Shown in pieces: positions 21,929 through 34,130 of a stretch of 64,000 nucleotides of DNA. Numbering within the stretch: position 1 is the first letter of the stretch; each line of letters opens with the position of its first letter. Source of the stretch: an uncultured Methanosarcinaceae archaeon (GTDB lineage: Archaea > Halobacteriota > Methanosarcinia > Methanosarcinales > Methanosarcinaceae); the NCBI GenBank assembly GCA_963833425.1, contig CAWHXP010000011.1, positions 64,001-128,000 on the forward strand, read 5' to 3'. The notes under the pieces were generated by a model, which saw only the letters and a program-made list of their open reading frames with translations, did no database searches and had not been told where the DNA came from. The translations under genes and the position numbers were made by a program.

Positions 21929-22102
21929 CTTAAAAAATATGCATCTGAATAATATGGAAAGTGTAAAGAAATTATAAAAATAAAGACAATAGGTGTAAGC
22001 GCATGAACGAGGTTACTTAAAAAATATGCATCTGATTAATATGGAAAGTATAAAGAAATTATAAAAATAAAGACAATAGGTGTAAGTGCATGAACGAGGT
22101 TA
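21929..22102 (+). repeat. Tandem duplication of an 87-bp unit containing an RBS and start codon
   Basis: 21929-22015 and 22016-22102 differ at about 3 positions; each ends AGGTGTAAG(C/T)GCATGAACGAGGTTA. Confidence 0.92.
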
Positions 22103-24000
22103 GCAGGAGGAGGATAATCCTAAAAAATGTGAAAATCTAGAAATGAAGGAGATAAAAGATATATGGAGAAAACTTTCCGAAATGCACGGTTATATCAAAA
22201 AAGTGATGGAATATTCTAACAGGCTGCATTTTGAAACTGCTCTTGAAAGTTCAAGGCATGAACATTAACAAGCTCTTCTAAATTACTTTTTTGAAGATAT
22301 AGGGACTGGACTTGAACGAAACATGATGAAAAGATGTCCAGAAAAGGAAAATTGCACTCCCGCGTTTACAACCGTTCTACAGCATACTGCAGGGCTTATC
22401 AAATATAACAAGGTAGAAGAAACCCTTATTTCGGATAACAAAAACAAGCTGGATGAACTTAGATGCGGAGCTCCTTATCGAAAATGTGAGCAGTACTTTT
22501 CCGAAGTTTCGAATCTCTTCACAAAACAAATCAACTTTATACGTTCTCTGAAGATTTATGAAACTAATCAGGAACAGAAGTCAGATATTTCATCCCTAGA
22601 AACTTGCGTGGTTATAAGCGAAATTCTTGAGCCGATCTCAAATAAACAACGTCTGGAAATTCTAAAATCAATCGCCTTCGAACAGAAAAGTTTCTCTACT
22701 CTTTCCAAACTTACGGGCCTTATAGCAGGAAATTTATTTTTTCATCTCCAAAAACTCATGAACTGCGAGCTGATTCTGCAGCAACATGATAGAGGAGATT
22801 ATATGATTACTGAGAAAGGATTCAAAATTCTGCAGGGTTTGAATGAGATGTATTCTTCACTCCAATGTTCCCCACAACAGATATACCACTCTGATTTATT
22901 TGGGGAATCGAAAAAGGAAGAATTAACCGACGAATCGAAAATAGTAGAACTGACTGAAGCTCTAAAAGAAATGGCTATGAACCTTGGGGCCTTCAAAGTA
23001 GGCATTGCAACGACCAAAAACCTTATAGGTGGCCCTCCTTAGGCAGACTTGACCTATGTGCTGCCAGAAGCAAAATCTGCTGTCTGTTCCGCCCTACCTT
23101 TTGATTAGAACCTTATAGATCCTTATTTCAGAAAAATGGATATCGAATCCCTTGAAACTAATAAGGTACTAACTACTACCCTTGCTGATGGAATAGCCAT
23201 TGAGATGGCAAATTTCTTGCAGCAGACTGGATATAAAGCCGTTCCTCAAATTGCAAATTTGTTTACCGGAGGGGTACAAAAAATTGGCTGCTGGAGATGC
23301 GTCCTCCGATTTCCCACAGGTATTTGGCAGTACGCTCTGGGATAGGGTATTTTGGATATTCAGGGAATGTTATTACAAGAGAATACGGATCTGCTATTGT
23401 ATTGGTCTCAGTAGTTACGGATGCAGAACTTGTCCCAACAGACTCCATGGCAGAAGAAGAAAATTATTGTGACGAATGTAAGCTTTGCCTTTCAGTATGT
23501 TCTTCTGGATACGTGGACCCCGTTGAGAAAGTCACTGTAACCCTTGGTGGAAAGGAGTTTAGTTATGGAAAACGAAGAAACAATAGTCGCTGTTTACTTG
23601 TATGTATGGGACTTACAGGTCTGAGCGCCTCTGGAAATTGGTCCACCTGGTCTCCTGGGCGCTTTAACATCCCCGAAAAAGATGAAGATTGCATTTCTGC
23701 AATACCTTCTGTTACACAAGCGTACCTTGAAAGGCTACAGTTCAAAGGTGGATTTTTTGTGCCCATTATGTCAGGGTCCAAGAGGGAATATCCCTGTTCT
23801 AACTGTCATTTAGTTTGTCACCCTGACAAAAAAGTTCGAACAGCAAGATACAAGATGCTAATAGAAAGCGGAGTGGTTATACAGGAACCTAACGGAACTC
23901 GTAGAGTCGTATCTCCGGAAGAAGCAAAAGAGTACCTCAATCCATGCCTCCTGAAAGGAGAAAACTGTACGAACCTATTCCACCGGGAAAACCGATCTAA
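22090..24000 (+). pseudogene. ArsR-type winged-helix regulator fused to an epoxyqueuosine reductase/reductive-dehalogenase-like Fe-S domain, disrupted
   Basis: wHTH (EPISNKQRLEILK...GNLFFHLQKL...YMITEKG) runs in frame into GAFKVGIAT..GGPP, then SHRYLAVRSGIG..G.SG, VTDAEL and CDECKLCLSVC. In-frame TAA at ~22267, TAG at 23040 and 23106, plus frameshifts. Confidence 0.8.
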
Positions 24001-24479
24001 AAACGGGGGAAATTATTTCACGTAAAACTAAATTCGGATTATCCTTTCAAAAAGAAAATCCTAATTTTTAAGATTAAATCCTCTTAAACATATTTTGTTG
24101 CCTAATTTAAGACAATTTTGAATCCTGAAAATTTCTATGCTAATGCATACATTGGATTTTTATAAACTGATTAACAGCATTCTTTGTAATGCTTAACTTT
24201 GTTTCAAATCAAATAATTTTAATTGTTATTCTTTGAATTTCAAATCGTATAATTGATTTTATTCCCATCAAAATTAAATCAAATTGACTCAGATATGAAA
24301 TTTTTTAACTATGGGTGAAAAGGTTGAAATTCCGTTTTTAAGGATAATCTTGGATATTCAAGTCTGATTGAAGAGTTGCTTGGAGAATTTGCAGACTTGC
24401 ATATTAACGAAAAAATGTTGAAACCCTAAAGAAGGTTTGAGCCTTGTTTCTGCTCACTCATGAGTTTCATTGTTTATTA

Positions 24480-24968
24480 ATGGTTGGTGTTCTTATCAAC
24501 TGTTATTACTCTCGGCATTTGATTGTGATTTGAACTCAATGCCTTCCTAAGGAATCTCTTTGAAGCTTTTCTATTTCGTTTCGCACTTATATGAAATTGA
24601 TTGTGTTTCCATCTGAGTCAACTGCTCTGTAAAGATATTTTCATTCACCTTTTACTTTTATATAAGTTTCATCAACTCTCCAAGAATCATTTGTTGGTCT
24701 TAAGTGCTTTCTTATCTTCTTTTCTATTTAGGTGGATATTGATGTACCCATCTCATGATTGTCGTATGGTCGACTTTAATTCCCCTTTCTGCCATCATTT
24801 CCTTTAAATTTCTATAGCTTAATGTATATTTTAAGTACCATCTTACGTTTAATAAGACAATTTCTCCTTCATAATGATTCCATTTAAAGGAATTTACTGG
24901 CATAATATATACTCCTAAATTTCTACTTGTTTCAGTGAATCCCCCTCATTATTTTTTGCAACTGAACC
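24480..24968 (-). mobile_element. Degenerate IS6 fragment (left end plus N-terminal transposase)
   Basis: TIR TTTGCAACTGAACC ending at 24968; minus strand reads FKWNHYEGEIVLLNVRWYLKY and RVDETY. Confidence 0.85.
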
Positions 24969-25049
24969 GCTTATTGTAAAAGTAAAATAAATGATAATAA
25001 ATTTTGAATAGGCTTTTAGCTATGTTTAATTTTCCTTTACCTAAAGCAT

Positions 25050-26547
25050 TTCGTTCAATTAATAGTCAATGTTTTGTTATCCAGGCAGAATCCCATATGT
25101 ATATTTCTGGATGTTCTTTCATTTTTTTTGTTGAACTAATTTTTTCTTAGAGTTTCGTGAGGGATTTCTAGCTCAATTTCGAAGCCAATTTTGTTAATAG
25201 TTTCCTTGGGAATAAATTTAGTTATATACAGATCAATTTCTATTACCCTATTGTCGTAAGATTCATTAAACTGGTTATTAATTTTCACTAAATACCTGAA
25301 AACGATTGGTACTCATCCTTTTCGTCGTGAAAAAGTGCACTTATTCTCATCGTCCTTGATTTCAATTAAGTTGTATATAACTCTATTAGGCTTTTCCTTT
25401 CTTCATCAGATGTTTTGAACATTTCGTGTTTAAATTCATCAATATCTAATTTGTTCTCATCATTTAGTTCTTTCAAAGTTGCGAATGAAAATTTCATTAA
25501 TGGTGAGAGAATAAATATCTTATCCGATATTTCTGCAAACTTGCACTTTATTTTACTATTTCCGTCCCCACGAGCTACGGGATAATAAGCATCTAGGCGA
25601 CCAGAGATTGGTTGTCGAATCATATAATTTGCTGACATCAAGCTTATTATTTAGTAGCTCGGTCTATCTATAGTCCATAGGTTACTCAAATATTGCTCAA
25701 ATTGTGAAAGATACGATTCAGATGCTATGGTTTTTTTATTCGTCACATCCTTAGTCGATAGAAGCCAATCGCAAGCTTCTTCTCCAGCGACTGCCCCATA
25801 TACCGAAAGAGGATTCCCCAGGAGGAGAAAGCACAGGATTTCGATTTCTTAATACTCACCTTTGGCCGGATCTCTGCAATTTTTCATTAGATACTGGATA
25901 CCAGGCAAGTATTAGTTACTACACAAACCTGATGCTTCCATCGCTCCTTAAAATCTTTATCTTTTATTCTATTGCATAGTTAGTCGATAAATGGTACAAT
26001 GAAGTGTCTGAGTCAATCAAAAAGCAATATTCTTTCCACTGTTATCTATCAGTAATTTGTCTAAATGATCCAAACAATTTTTAGCAATTTCTTGCGTTTA
26101 GTAGTAAAACTGGCCGATTATATTTCCAAAAACAGATCCACCATAATTACCCCAGTTTTCTCCATAAAGTTATCCAGCCATGGAGTATCATCTACCAAAT
26201 TTCGCGAAATTTGATACGAAATTTCAACTGATCTTTTTCCTATTGCTTCAAAAATTTCTATTTTGTTCTTCTGTTCTTCTTTCAGAATATCTGTTTCACA
26301 TTTTCAATATCTAGTTTCTTAGATACAGTGTCAGACTTTGTGAGACTAGTTTCTTGGTCTATTTCAGAGATTTTTTTATTGAGTTCTGCATTACTTATTT
26401 TTAAATCGCCTACAACTTTCTCGGTCGTTGCATGTTGTTCCACACTTTATGTAGCATTCCTTTTTCGTGTAAAGTAATAGTATCAATAACTGTAGAAATG
26501 ACACCTACCACGATTAAAAAAATAATTTGTATGTTTATTGGGTCCAT
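25050..26547 (-). pseudogene. Decayed gene(s) of unknown function
   Basis: Protein-like minus-strand fragments (e.g. 25366-25641) broken by stops; an RBS-led short hydrophobic ORF (MDPINIQII...) starts at ~26547. Confidence 0.35.
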
Positions 26548-26906
26548 AGTTGTTCTCCTGAAAACGAGAAAAAGTAGATTTTTTAGCATATATATTTTTA
26601 AAGTTAAATATTTAATAATATATATTAATAAAACCCAATCACACAAACTAATTAACTTCTGTTCCAATGAGAAATAATAATAAATAAAAATGTTATTAAA
26701 AAGCATTGATATATATTTTTATTAAATTTTAAAATTTTACTCACAAACGGTCATACAATCTTTTAACAGCTCACCCGGAAAAAATATATATCAAAGAAAC
26801 AGTATTTATTTTTATAAACACAAAAGAACAGTATTTATTTTTATAAACATTTAATCTATTTGTGAATTCGTTATAAGTTCAATTGAATAAAATGTGGTTT
26901 TTACAT

Positions 26907-27831
26907 ATGTTTTCAAATAATAGAGATGCTGTAATCGTACCGTTAGATATTCCAAAAGCAATGCGTGAAATATACGTTAAAAATTACATAGAGATTACAA
27001 AGAATAGCGGTAGGCTCATGCTGTTTGCAGGCGATCAGAAAGTAGAACATTTGAACGATGACTTTTATGGAGAAGGAGTGCCTGAAGAAGATGCTGATCC
27101 AGAACACCTTTTTAAGATAGCATCCCAGGCGAAAATAGGAGTTTTTGCAACTCAGCTAGGGCTAATTGCACGCTATGGTATGAATTACAAAGACGTGCCA
27201 TATCTCGTAAAAATAAATTCAAAGTCTAATCTTGTAGAGACGTCTCAGGCAGATCCTTTTAGCAACTCTCTGGTACGATGTAAACCAACTGGTTGAATTT
27301 AAAGAAAACAGTGAGCTCAATATCCTTGGAGTAGGTTATACTATTTACCTTGGCAGTGAGTTCGAAGCCGAGATGTTTGCGCAGGCTGCCCAGGTAATTT
27401 ACGATGCTCACCAGCTTGGGATGGTTTCAGTACTCTGGATCTATCCACGCGGCACTGCCGTAAAAGATGAAAAGGACCCGCACCTGATCGCGGGGGCAAC
27501 AGGAGTTGGAGCCTGTCTTGGAACGGACTTTGTAAAAGTCAATTACCCAACAAATAAAGGAGCACGATCTGCCGAAATTTTCAAGGAAGCTATCATGGCA
27601 GCTGGACGTACCAAAGTCATTTGTGCGGGTGGTACCAGCGATGAACCTGAGACTTTCCTGAGAAAGCTTCATGATCAAATACATATATCTGGAGCTATGG
27701 GAAATGCAACAGGAAGAAACATTCACCAGAAAACTCTTGACGAAGCTGTACGCATGTGCAATGCTGTCTATGCCATAACCGTTGAAGACGCAAGCTTCGA
27801 AGAAGCCCTTAAGATCTATAAGGAGAAATAG
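26907..27831 (+). CDS. fba: Class I (DhnA-type) fructose-bisphosphate aldolase, one frameshift at ~27267
   Basis: LFAGDQKVEH, LWIYPRG, DFVKVNYP (Schiff-base Lys) and GRNIHQ; removing one base gives ...SNLWYDVNQ...GYTIYLGSEFE; adjacent to pyk. Confidence 0.88.
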
Positions 27832-27987
27832 AGAGGCTGCAAAGTATATGGAAACAATGCGCAAACTGGTGAAGTGTAATATGGTAACTAAGATGCTTAT
27901 TTCCGGAGTCCTTATTAAGAAGAAAAATTTAATTTAGAAATTCAAAATGGCATAGATTAAAGGTTAAACTTTAAAGGCCGTGTAAAT

Positions 27988-29420
27988 ATGCAAATCCCAG
28001 ACCATAAGACAAAGATAGTTTGCACAATAGGCCCAGCTTCATCTTCCGAGAAAATAATCAGGGAACTTGTGCTTGCAGGCATGAATGTGGCAAGGATCAA
28101 TTTTTCTCATGGGGACTTCGAAAGCCATAAAGAGGTAATTCAGAGAGTCCGTAAAGTCGCCAAAGATCTTGACAGAATAGTTGCAATTCTTGCCGATCTA
28201 CCCGGCCCAAAGATCCGTATAGGCAAACTGGAAAAAGAACCGCTCATGCTTCACAAAGGAAACTTTGTGACCCTTACAGTTGACGAGTCTTTTGTAAATT
28301 CGGAGCGTATTCCTGTAAGCTATAACAACTTCCTGAAAGTGTAGCTCCTGGAAATCTTATTTACTTAAATGATGGATTTATCCAGCTACGTTGTCTTGAA
28401 ATCTTGGGAAAAGACGTTCTTTGCGAGGTTCTAATTGGAGGGCAGCTTTATTCTCATAAAGGGCTGAATCTTCCAGGAGCAAAGATTTTTCTTGATCCTG
28501 TAACGGAAAAAGATTTAAAAATTCTTGAGTTTGGCTTGAACGAAGAAATTGACACTTTCAGTATTTCTTTTATAGAAGATGCCAGAGATATCAATAAAGT
28601 CCGAAGTTTTGCTGCAGAAAGAGGTAAATCTGTATATATTGTTGCTAAAATAGAGCGCAGACGAGCTGTAGATAATATTGAGGAAATTCTTGCGAAAACC
28701 GATGCTCTTATGATTGCCAGAGGAGATTTGGGCGTTGAAATTCCCATTCAGGAAATCCCATCAGTCCAAAAAGAACTTATCCAGAGTGCTAAGCTTCTTG
28801 GAATTCCTGTAATTACAGCCACTCAAATGCTGGCTTCAATGAGTGATAACGTGAGACCTACACGAGCAGAGGTGACTGATGTCGCCAATGCAATCCTTGA
28901 TGGGACGGATGCTGTCATGCTTTCGGAAGAAACAGCTGTTGGCAACTATCCTGTAGAAGCAGTTGAAATGATGGGGAAAATTGCGAAAACCACCGAAAAC
29001 TGGCGCTCTCGGACAAAATGGGGTCTTGACACAATGATCAAGGGTATTACAGCCAGGGAAATGTCAGTGGATGAGGTAATAACTCTTCAGGTTCATGAAG
29101 CTCTTCAGAAACTTCCGGTTGCAGCCGTTTTAACCCCTACCAGAAGTGGAGCAACTCCTCGCAGGATTTCCCGCTTCAAGCCTGAAATCTGGATCCTCGC
29201 ATTCAGTCGTTTCCCAGAAACCTGTGGTTTTCTTTCCTTGTCCTATGGCGTTTATCCAATTATTGTGAAAAAAGTAATTGAAAACTGGGAAGTAGAAGCT
29301 ACGAATAGAGCTAAAGAACTGGGATTTGCAAACAGTGGGAATATCGTAGTTTTTACCCAGGGTCCTTCTTCAGGAAGTCCTGGAGGTACAAACATGCTTA
29401 AGATACTTTCTCTTGACTAA
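27988..29420 (+). CDS. pyk: Pyruvate kinase, one frameshift at ~28325
   Basis: KTKIVCTIGPAS, ARINFSHG, DLPGPKIR, AKIE, ARGDLG, ATQML, PTRAE and MLSEETA; one missing A restores YKQLPESV...YLNDG. Confidence 0.95.
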
Positions 29421-29577
29421 AATCAAACGCAGCCTAAATTAAAAATCATAAACTCCAGTTTATAAAGCTTATCCTTGTTTGGTATTTGTATCCAGTAGAT
29501 TAAGCGGGATATAAAACCTTCAATGTTATGTATTTAGGTATCAAAAGCGTGTTTTCTACTTCAGAAAAATCAATATT

Positions 29578-30498
29578 ATGTATGAGGTTTCATTGATGAA
29601 AAGAAAGGAATCTGCAACAAAAAATAAGAAATATCTAGCTATTCTCTTGGTTGTTATAATGTTTTTCTCAGTCTTTGTTATATTTTTTGCTAATAGCTTG
29701 AAAACAGGTAACAAAAGTGACCTTTCCACTCAAGCAGTTGAAAATAAAAATCCTACAGTCACCTTTTCCCAAATCCCAGGTAAACATATACATCATCAGT
29801 TTGATTCTATTGTTGATGGATTGAATATGTCTCCCGAGGGGGTAATGAATGCAATTTATATTGACCTCCAAAAATCAAAAAGAACTCCTTTAGGGGATAT
29901 TTTTAATAATAAAGGTTTAAATGATTTTTATGGTGCAGATGTTACAAGATGCTATCGTGCAAATTACGCTAACGGAAGTGGGTTCGAATTGAACCAGATT
30001 CCAGAGCAGAAGATCCTGATGCCCTGGGGTGCAGTTCCGTATCGTGGATATAATTTTCTTATGAAGACAAACAACACCTACAATCTGTTGAGTGTAGTTG
30101 GAGACCCTGTGCTCAGTGGCTCTCGCCAGAGCGTTAAGGATGTAATCGATATCATAGAGAATAACAAAACATCTACTCGCGAATTTGACCAAATTTTGAG
30201 CCGGGTAGAACCTGAGGATGTAATCATCGAGGAAATAGCTACAAAAAACAATGTTACGAACATTCCGGCAGAACAGTATTATATGGATCTCAAAAAATTG
30301 GATAACGGTAGTTATATGCAGACGCTTATGTTCCTCAATCCTGAGCCCAAGGTAACCAAAAATATCGCAGCTCTCAAGGAAAACTCGAGTGAACGTGGAG
30401 TCACTTATAATGTAACTAACTCAGGGAACATTATTACACTGACGATGAGCTCGGATTTTAAAGGCTTGTACAATGAAAAAAAGTTGCTTTCATTGTAA
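29578..30498 (+). CDS. Hypothetical membrane-anchored/exported protein
   Basis: 306-aa ORF with a basic N-terminus and hydrophobic segment (YLAILLVVIMFFSVFVIFF); T-rich tract follows the stop. Confidence 0.8.
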   Translation: MYEVSLMKRKESATKNKKYLAILLVVIMFFSVFVIFFANSLKTGNKSDLSTQAVENKNPTVTFSQIPGKHIHHQFDSIVDGLNMSPEGVMNAIYIDLQKSKRTPLGDIFNNKGLNDFYGADVTRCYRANYANGSGFELNQIPEQKILMPWGAVPYRGYNFLMKTNNTYNLLSVVGDPVLSGSRQSVKDVIDIIENNKTSTREFDQILSRVEPEDVIIEEIATKNNVTNIPAEQYYMDLKKLDNGSYMQTLMFLNPEPKVTKNIAALKENSSERGVTYNVTNSGNIITLTMSSDFKGLYNEKKLLSL

Positions 30499-31619
30499 GT
30501 AGGCGGTTCCTACCCTCTTCATTTTTTTATTTTTTTGTCCGCGACCCAAATTTCACTTTTTTTCATTTTTGTCTTCCATTTTAATAATAAATAGTTGAAG
30601 TCTCCTCGCTTGAAGGACATCACTCAGACAGGTAAGAGATGAAAGCCATCAACTTTTAGGCTCTATTTTTTTTTAAATTTGGGATTTGTTTATAGATATT
30701 ATTCTAAATATATAACTATGTAATCTAAACTGGATAGTTGGAACCATTAAGTATACAAATGCAATTATCATTTGCGCACTGTATAACATCAGGAGAAAGG
30801 TACTTTGTAATCCATTACTTATTGACTTCTTAAAATCAAAAATCTATTACATAAATAAAGCGTCTAAGTTGTGATACTGATTACAGAATGTGAATAAGAT
30901 CATTTCTATCTGATCTCTATTTCGAAAACAAATTTCAACACTCTAACAAGTATCAATAATTAATAAATGATCACGTTTGTATTCAGAGCGCTAAGTTAGT
31001 CATTCTAATGGCGGGATGTAGCCATCAACTTCTGCATTATTCTATTTTCTTAATAAATAGTTTAACTTCGTATTTATCAACTAGTTTTCTTCCCATATAC
31101 ACACCCGTTTGGTTGTATTTTCCTATCGGCTATCTCTTTCCATATATTTGCATCTATTAAATGATAACAATCCGAATTCAAAGTAGTATATCCTATTTAT
31201 CACAAACTATACGTGTATATAAGCATATTTCATATATAATTATATAAATAATTATTATGTTAAAGAAAATATTCTGATGCAAGTTATCGCCATAGCCACT
31301 ATCCAGCCAAAGCTCAAAAAAAATCATATTAAATAATTCGCTAGAGCTTTGCAGGTGGATATATGACGAAACACTAGCTTTAAGAAAGAATTCTTGGGAA
31401 TCAGGAACAAAAGATAGTTAACTATCATGATCCTAAGAAAAGAATCCCGATATGAAAAAACGATAAACTAGAGCTCAAAAACGTTGACTCTAAGTTTCAC
31501 AAGATGTAGTAAAAGGATTAGAATTCTAATCTATTGTTTCTCCCAGTGAACTCTCTGTGAAGTTCAAGTGCTCCATCTATTTCCCTTCTGCACGAATACT
31601 TTCACAAGTCATTAATTTT

Positions 31620-32126
31620 TTAGGTCTGCATTCTAAAACTAGTTATTTCTTCAAGGTAATCATCAATTAACTCGTAGTGACCGCTCTCATATACCGCTAG
31701 CATTTCGAAAAAATTTCTTTCGACATCGTTTATGGCCCATTTAGCCAGTTCCGAATAAAAGTATTCGCTTTTTCTCTCATGTCTCATAGCGGCGAGAAGA
31801 ATACCTGTATCGCCAAGAGTGAGTTCACCACTTCTTGTTAGAGCTGGATTGAACTCTGGGGTGAAAGACTGACCACTATTTACTTTTGTGCTGACTACTG
31901 GAAGTTCTTTTGTGTCACGGTATTTTTCGAGGTAGCTCAAATGCTTTAATTCTTCATTTGCAAGATACTCATAAAGCTCCTTAAACTTCGGATTTTCCAT
32001 TAGAGTAGAGTTATATAAATAAAACTCTCTTGCTTCTCTTTCCCTTTCAATTGCCAGAGCTATAGCTTCTTCAATTCCTTTTAAGGTCCTTACTTCGTCT
32101 ACTACATATTGATATATACTTTTCAT
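31620..32126 (-). CDS. Ferritin-like/rubrerythrin family protein
   Basis: Duplicated helix pairs AIERE...FY...LANEELKH and AMRHE...FY...LAVYESGH. Confidence 0.85.
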   Translation of the reverse strand: MKSIYQYVVDEVRTLKGIEEAIALAIEREREAREFYLYNSTLMENPKFKELYEYLANEELKHLSYLEKYRDTKELPVVSTKVNSGQSFTPEFNPALTRSGELTLGDTGILLAAMRHERKSEYFYSELAKWAINDVERNFFEMLAVYESGHYELIDDYLEEITSFRMQT

Positions 32127-32443
32127 ATATTTTACCCCATAGATGTTAGCTTTTCATGTTATTCTTTTTTAGAGGCATTTCGTAACTATTTTTAGTTCTC
32201 AATTTGTTTTTTCTTTTTTTTCGCTCCTTCTTTGCATTTAATCATTATATCTTCAGAAAGTTATTCATGCCCAAGATGTCGTACATATTATTTTATACGT
32301 CTAATAAACTCAATAAATTCAATCTGGATAGTACACGATTACGACAGATGACATATTGTATATTATGTAATAATGATTTTTTTTAATTAACCATTTTTTT
32401 TCTGGAGGTTAATTTTTCCGGTTCATTATTTGGAGCTGATGGA

Positions 32444-32760
32444 TTATTTACCAGATTTTTCAAAAAGGATAGGATGCTTCTTTTTTAGTGGTGTTGAGTA
32501 CTCTTCGTCAAATTTTGTAACATAAAGAGTTTTCACTTTTGTAAGCTGATAAAATGATAGACACTGAGCTATTTCAAGGTTAGCCCTCTCAAAGTTAGCT
32601 CGATCAAAGTTTGTCTCTTGAATGTCAGCCATAAAGATCAAGTCCTGAAGGTTAGCTCCTTGAAGATTAGTTCATAAAGATCACTCCCTTAAAATTTAGC
32701 TCCTTAAAGGTTAGCTTCTTGTGAGTCTTTTCTCTTGAAAATATCCGTTTATAATCATCG
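32444..32760 (-). pseudogene. Pentapeptide-repeat protein remnant
   Basis: ADIQE-TNFDR-ANFER-ANLEI and upstream ANLQD fragments across frames. Confidence 0.6.
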
Positions 32761-33464
32761 GCTTTGAACTAAAGCAATTATTACTAGGCTAGGATGAATC
32801 TTCTAATTTTCATGATTTAGTTTTTAAAATTGTATCTATTTATATTCTGTGTCTGTAAAACCCGCACGAAATGATAGCCATGAAGATTGAATTAATCGTG
32901 AATAGGTGATGTGTGGTGCTTGAGCTGCTTTATGACTTCGCAGGAGCATCTGCAACCTACTCTTGTGGGTTTATGACACCGACGGACTGGAATTATCTTG
33001 CCATCGTTTCACCCGGTTTTCTACGAATAAGATCTATGAAGGTTCTAAATCAATCGGATTCCGCATCCCACTGAATGCGATCAATGTATGTATATTCTGC
33101 GTGCTCCACATGCAAAGATTATAATTGGGAAGTATATGGAAATCCAGATTCAAGAACCAATAATACTGTGAATTCATCAAATTGCAAATGTTAGCCGCTG
33201 CCAAGTTATGATACGCACTCAATAAACTTCTGATCGAAAGTCTACTATCCGATGGATTACCAGAAATGTACCAAAAAGCACTTTGAAGATTTTGAAAGCA
33301 GCTAATTTAATATTTAGCAATTTAGATTAGCATCAAGTTATAGATGAATGTAAAGCTGGATGATTGTAGTCTGAAAAGGATTTTTTAACTTTAATACGTT
33401 TTCCCAGCCTTTCTCTACCATCAATACTGAGATTCTATACAGTTTTAATAAATCAGAGGCTCTT

Positions 33465-33575
33465 AAGGACTGATGCGGTAGAACGGAAAATCAGCAGCCT
33501 TAAGCCCTCAACTATCCTAAAATTAAACTACAGTTTTCATTGTACTTAATTCATTTCTCAAGTGCGTAAGTCCTA
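33465..33575. mobile_element. MITE-like element with (T)AGGACTTACGCA-type ends
   Basis: AAGGACTGATGCG ... TGCGTAAGTCCTA; related copies at 55789-55905, 49225-49316 and (inverted) ~33600-33709. Confidence 0.6.
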
Positions 33576-34130
33576 AAAATATCCTAGTTTCTTAATATTA
33601 TTTGGGAAACAAAGAAATCAAATATAATTGGATGTTGCAATTTAAACTTTGATTTTAGACAGTATAGGTTCAATGCTATTCATTATTTGATTCAACTGTA
33701 TAATTCCTAATGAATATTAAATAAGCAATGTAAACATTTTTTTTAAAACACTGATATTCTGAATAATAATTAAATATACTAAATAAATAATTAAATAACT
33801 CTAAATATAATCATATATAATTTTCATATTACCTATTATGCATATAAATATATCTACTTGTTTATATTACCTTATGTATTAATAATATTATTGGAGTCAG
33901 GCTCCTAAAAGAGGATATCTGAAGTTATAATAGTTAATAGCACTGTTTGTAAAATATGGAAATTAGAGAGTGAATAAAGTTAGAGGAATGTTATGGGTAC
34001 GTATTAATTTATTAAAGAAGTAGATAAAAACGTTTTATTAAATTTTTTACACATAATCTTCATGATTTTTTTTAAATTCGATCTATAATCCACAGACAAG
34101 AAGAACTATAAAAAGAAGGGAGAAATCAAA

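Noticed and set aside
23040..23108. In-frame TAG codons as programmed pyrrolysine sites (also TAG at ~42211)
   Set aside because: The same genes contain TAA stops or frameshifts, and each TAG is one substitution from a plausible sense codon (TCG or CAG). Decay is the simpler explanation.
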